Positions 59,301 through 64,000 of a stretch of 64,000 bases of DNA are shown here, one piece after another. The notes under the pieces were generated by a model. The model was given only the letters and a program-made list of their open reading frames with translations. It did not search any database and was not told the origin of the DNA. Numbering within the stretch: the first letter of the stretch is position 1; every line of letters starts with the position of its first letter. Both the position numbers and the translations under genes were made by a program. This stretch comes from Camelus ferus (Eukaryota): the NCBI RefSeq assembly GCF_009834535.1, contig NC_045696.1, positions 74,338,001 to 74,402,000 on the forward strand, read 5' to 3'.

Positions 59301-61665
59301 ATAAAAGAAGTTTGTAAGCACTAATGCGCTAATCAAATGTAAAATTTTTCCATTATTTTATATTACGAGTAGTATATGCATCTGAATATTACAAAATTTA
59401 AATTTCTTTAAACTTTACATTGCTATAACGCCAAGCACAAAATATGTACTTAATTACAATTTTAAAATTGATTTGGTTGTGTTTTCAAAGATCATGTCCA
59501 CCAGAAACAATTCTGTAATGACTATTGGAAGTCTCTTGACAATACAATGGAATGGGAAATTTGGGGAAATAGTTTTATCTAGATAGTGATATTCTGGAGG
59601 AGAGGGTACTGGCCTAATTCATTTCTGTGTGTCTGAGTGTTGCATAGTGACTGGGATATATTAGGAACTCCATAAATAGTAGGAAAGTTGGGAGGGGAAG
59701 GTAGGAAGGGGTGTTCATCTCTTAGTCAAATTTAGGAAACCAGAGGAAAATGTTATGGGATATGTTCTTAAGGATATACATTATCTACTTTTTATTAATT
59801 TTGATTTTGAACAGATAACCTAACTTTTCTATGTGATTCAGTTGTTTCATCTTTAATATTTATGTTAGCGTAGGAATTAGCACAACTCTTCTACTTGATT
59901 TAACAAATTTGAATGCACTTCTTTAAAGTTTAAATAATTTTTAGTGAAATGGTACAGACAATGACAGAGAACTGGAAGGGTGGATTGGTTTGGATTAATT
60001 CAGTTGGTTTCACTGGTACAACAGTGTTACTTAAACTGGGAAGCGGGGTGCCGATTCCCTTCAAACAATTAGCTTTTAATGTTTACTGAGTGTTCTCTGT
60101 ATCAGAAACTGCATTTGGTGCGGGTTGGACACAGAAGGCAAGTAGGGGCCATGGGCCCTGGCTGCCTGCAGTGGATGGAGCCAGGGGACTCCATTCTGTT
60201 CCAAGGCCTCTGACTTATCCCTACCACTGAGTTCTGCTGGCTTCCTTGGAGGCCTGTGCAAAAAATGCCAGTGAATTCAGTCAATTCCAAGACCAATGCC
60301 AGGAAAAAAAAAAAAAAACAAACAAAAACTACTCCAAGTCTATCCTCTATGCTTTGGGACAGAATATGTAAACTTGTCTTTTAGTTTTTATATTGAAATG
60401 GAATTTCACTGATTTTTCAGTAAAGAGCCTTCCAGAATAACACAAAGAATACACATCCAAGTTTATTTCTATGTAAACACCAACTTGCCAAACCCTGGCG
60501 ATTCTATTCCTTTTGCTATTATCTTCTTTCAGGTTTATTACCTATAATTTGGCTCCTAGCTACATTTGTGTCTCCACTTTTCACTCCCTTCAATGAATTC
60601 TGTACCTTGTTGCCTGGTTGGTTTTCCTGAACAGGTGTTTACACAGACACTTAAAGATGACTGAGCTTTAACGTATTCCTTCTTGTGAAAACATATTTTC
60701 ACATCCAATTTCAACTACTTCTATTTGTTGCATCAAAATGGAGACTTACCTTTGTTGCAGGCTTTTCTTATGTTAAGAAATATTGAACTTGACAGATGTG
60801 AAGGAAGTATACATAGCGGCTTGTGGAAGACCCTAAATCCTCTTCAGGATTTGAATTCGTATTATATTTTAATTAGGCTTAGCTTCTTTCTTTAATTAAC
60901 AATGGCCCTCTTTCTTAATCACTACAAACGTACTAATTAACTGGCTTCCCAATAGTTTCAAAAGAAATCATACAAACAGCAACATTAAAGATCATTGAGT
61001 ATAAACCTCTATTTGGAAAGTGGAAAAGCTGAGCTCAGTCAAGAGTTGCGATAAACAGCCTGCTAAGAAAAATGTGATAAAAACAAGGCTGGGACCCAGA
61101 TGTTGACACAAACCAAAGTCCTTCTCTACCTACTTTCCAAATCCACCATCTGTAGTCATTCTTTTCCTGTATCCTTAATACTTTGCATCATCCCCGAAAC
61201 ACTGTAAAAAATCCAGTTTGTGTTAAAAGTAGATTTAACAAAGAGGTGAACTTCAAAAGGGTCAGCGAAGGCTCACTGCTGGGGTTCTGCTCCAGTTACT
61301 TGACAGCAGCATCTGAGTTGGGTTTAGTTGGCTTTTTGCAAAGGGGAGGTTTGGTCAGGCCAGAACTCTTCCTGTTGCTTGGCTTTAGGTTCACAGGAAA
61401 GCGAACCGTCAAGGGGATGTTCTGATGTATCCATGAACTGCAGCTAAGCCATTCAGGGTCTTCTTAAAATAAAGCTCTGCTGTTCTCAGTACAGCCTTCT
61501 AAAAGTTGACACAGCAAGAATTGCTTCACACCAGGTTCTATTTTTAAATCCTAGTCAAAAAAACAATTTTTTTTAACTTCAAGATTGAGTTTCTGAACCA
61601 TCTTTGATGAGTCTTAACCATCTTGCTAGAAAAGGTTGCTTAGTGGTTACACACTGTCAACTCAA

Positions 61666-61765
61666 CCTGGAAGGAAGGAAGGACAGAAGGAAGGAAAGAG
61701 GGAAGGAAGGGAGTGAGGGTGGCATAGAGAGAGGAGAAAGAGGAAGGGACTGAAGGAAAGAAAGA
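61666..61765. repeat. (GGAA)n-like purine tract
   Basis: ggaaggaaggaaggacagaaggaaggaaagagggaaggaaggg... Confidence 0.9.
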
Positions 61766-61769
61766 TATC

Positions 61770-62010
61770 AGCTAATAATAGCTAATATTTATTTTTTGAT
61801 TATATTAAATGTGCCAAGCGCTGTTCCAAACACTTCCCTTGTATTAATTAAATCTTTCCCTCAACAACTCAAGGAGATAGGTTCTGCTATTATTCTCAGA
61901 AGAGAAAACTTAGGCATGCAAGAGTTAAATTACTCGCTCAAAGCCATACAGCTAGTATGTGGCAGAGCTGGCTTTAAACCAAGCAATCTGATCTCAGAGA
62001 CTGACCTCTC
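61770..62010 (-). mobile_element. MIR, near full length
   Basis: aataatagctaatatttat...atgtgccaagcgctgttccaaacactt...gagttaaattactcgctcaaagccatacagctagtatgtggcagagctggctttaaaccaag. Confidence 0.9.
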
Positions 62011-62149
62011 TGAGCTGGATGTTTGTCTGAAAAAACACTAAAGGGCTGTTGACTTTTCTTGATTTTTTTTCTTTTTCTCCTTAACCAAACACGAGTCTTT
62101 GCATTACGTATTCAGTCAGATGGAAATATGCTGGAGGCAAGGGGCTGAG

Positions 62150-62395
62150 CTAAAAAGAACCCAGCCTTTTGGACTGCTCAGAAGCCCCCTGGATCTAATT
62201 CTGCTCTGCTGCTTATGCATTGTGTGAACTTAGGCACAACCTTGAAAATCCTAAACCTTTAGGACTTTCCATTTCCTCATTTGAAAACTAAAAACAAATA
62301 AAAACAAAGTCATGGTATTATTAAGAGAATTAAATGAGATAACATATGTAAAGTCATGATTCTAGTGCGTAGCAAACCATCCTCCCCCAGATAAA
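62150..62395 (+). mobile_element. MIR
   Basis: ctggatctaattctgctctgctgcttat...tgtgtgaacttaggca...atttcctcatttgaaaa...gagaattaaatgagataacatatgtaaag. Confidence 0.85.
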
Positions 62396-63229
62396 TTTGC
62401 TATAACAAAGTGAAATTTTTAATGGATCATTCTCATTTTATTACTGTTGCATAAAGTTGTATATATCTATATAGAAAAATAGGTGAGGTTGTTCCTATGA
62501 ATGCTAACTGTTATTATCATTGTTAACTCATCGGGTATCAATATATAAATATACTATGTTGATATCAATGTGCAGAGATAGGTAAGTTAATACCATTAAT
62601 ACTCCTCTGCTAATGAACTGCTTCCTCCAGAAACTCTTACCTCCTTAACTGCCAGCATTTGGCTCATTTCCTTCCACACCTGCTTTTACCAGCATCGCCC
62701 CCAAACATCAAGTAGTTGAAGGGCTCTTCCCAAGCTGCTCGGAAGCCTGACTTGTCCTGAAGGAACTGAGCAGAGAGAGGCTCCAGGTGTGAAGGCAAGA
62801 GAACCAAAACTAGGAAAACAGAGAAAACAGCCTTCATAGCTAAGGTTAGACAGCCTTACCCGGATTCAGCAGCCTAAGGTAGGGACCGGAAGGAGGACAT
62901 TCAAGGTGGCGATGTCTAGCAGCCACTCAAAGCTGGTCTGGACCCAGCCTGGCAAGAGTGATGTATTGGCCTAGCTGGTCACCTCTAAATTGGAACGCAG
63001 AGTTGAGGTGTAGGTCAACAGCATGTATAGAACGACCGCTGGCCGTTTCTAGCCTGGAAAAGTCTGCATTTCTGTTATTGCTGTTCAGGCCTGCAATTGT
63101 TCTGAAGCTCTTCATTTGCTATTTATCTATTTCTGTCTTATTGACTGAACCTTTCCATATTTGACCTAAGAGTTGGGTGAAACCCAAGCTACTCTGGCCT
63201 TGTGCAGGGTTACACTGTTATGCTAAGTA

Positions 63230-63375
63230 AGAAAATAATAATAACAGGACCTAATGTATACTAAGCACTGTTTCACATAACTGGGCATAATATTATTTCC
63301 CACAATCCTTATATATGGGCAAAGGAAATGGGCTTGGAGAAGTCAGGATCCTTGCTCAGATCCAAAAGTTATGTC
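63230..63375 (-). mobile_element. MIR fragment
   Basis: ataataataacaggacctaatgtatactaagcactgtttc...ggaaatgggcttggagaagtcagga. Confidence 0.65.
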
Positions 63376-63449
63376 AATACCCAGCTCTTGTTTCTTTTGT
63401 ATGAGAGTTGTGCATAGTCTATGCCAATGATAACCAAAAAGGCTTTTTT

Positions 63450-63665
63450 TCTCTCTAGGGATGAAAAAAGACCACAGAACCTAAGATCAGCAGACGTCAG
63501 TTTGACTCTGTGTTCTAGATGGACAAAGCACTTTTTCTCTTTTAGAATCCATTTCCTCAGCTGTTAACATAAGTAAGGAGAATAATACCTACCTATGAAA
63601 TTGCCTAGAAAAAGTGAAGGATATAACACATGTAGAAGTATTTGCAAACTCTAAAGCTATAATCA
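63450..63665 (+). mobile_element. MIR (MIRc-like)
   Basis: ccatttcctcagctgtt...ataatacctacctatgaaattg...atgtagaagtatttgcaaactctaaagctata. Confidence 0.75.
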
Positions 63666-63894
63666 TTAAATGTAATTCAGATATATACTAAGTATCACGC
63701 AATGCAATTTATCACAAGACTTAATTGGATAATTTTTAACATGGCCTATTATGGAATTTTCCACCAGTATCTAAAAGGGCTAAATTGACTTTGTTTATCA
63801 TTATTAAAGAGAGGGAAAATGAAAACTCATCTTCTAAGGGAAAATTGTTCTACAACCTCAGAACAAGAATAAGTTTACATTCTTTCTATTATAG

Positions 63895-64000
63895 CAGTCA
63901 TTTTCAAACTGCTGTCTCAGTGCCCCTCTGCACTCTTAAAAGATATTAAAGACACCAGAGAGCTTTTGTTTATATAGGTTATGTCTGTTGGCATTTACTG
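63895..64000 (+). mobile_element. hAT-Charlie transposon 5' end, runs off window
   Basis: cagtcattttcaaact...tctcagtgcccctctgcactcttaaaagatattaaagacaccagagagcttttgtttatataggttatgtct matches a remembered Charlie terminus (…GACCCCTTTACACTCTTAAAAATTATTGAGGACCCCAAAGAGCTTTTGTTTAT). Confidence 0.8.

Larger units (their letters stand above)
19783..64000 (+). other. PEX5L: PEX5L intron 1 (partial); 5' splice site GTAAGA at 19783-19788
   Basis: Near-consensus donor. No exon 1b (MSDSEMDGR) or exon 2 (GYGKL) coding sequence was seen in the remaining 44 kb; the gaps could hide short sequence. Confidence 0.85.

Noticed and set aside
61770-63665. Two opposed MIR pairs that might form dsRNA
   Set aside because: MIRs this old are too diverged from each other for stable pairing, and opposed pairs are expected at this MIR density.
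19783-64000. Search for PEX5L exon 1b and exon 2, or any nested gene or processed pseudogene
   Set aside because: No matching peptide or mRNA-like sequence was seen by eye; these exons are presumed to lie downstream of the window.

Overview
Mammalian genomic DNA, AT-rich and dense in ancient repeats, with four N gaps. A CpG island at ~19.1-19.75 kb leads into a 21-nt coding first exon on the + strand (19762-19782, MYQGHMQ, then donor GTAAGA). I recognise this as the exon-1a N-terminus of PEX5L (TRIP8b, the brain-enriched HCN-channel auxiliary subunit). Bases 1-19 kb are upstream intergenic DNA. The remaining ~44 kb is intron 1: I found neither exon 1b (MSDSEMDGR...) nor exon 2 (KSK..GYGKL...). 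One tRNA-derived SINE of a type I recall from camelids, and no Alu, B1, BovA/BovB, CHR, PRE1 or CanSINE that I could see, suggest a camel or alpaca genome (inference). Most other explicable sequence is decayed L2, MIR, L1M, CR1/L3, MaLR/ERVL LTR and hAT elements. Family names come from remembered consensus sequences and repeat boundaries are approximate. The other ORF-track entries look like repeat-derived or chance ORFs. I see no convincing new multi-gene system. The best leads are gene-regulatory hypotheses at PEX5L: a possible recursive splice site, a candidate frameshifting cassette exon, an Arg-rich uORF overlapping an upstream donor, split REST half-sites, a Z-DNA/cruciform-prone promoter and several enhancer-like islands.
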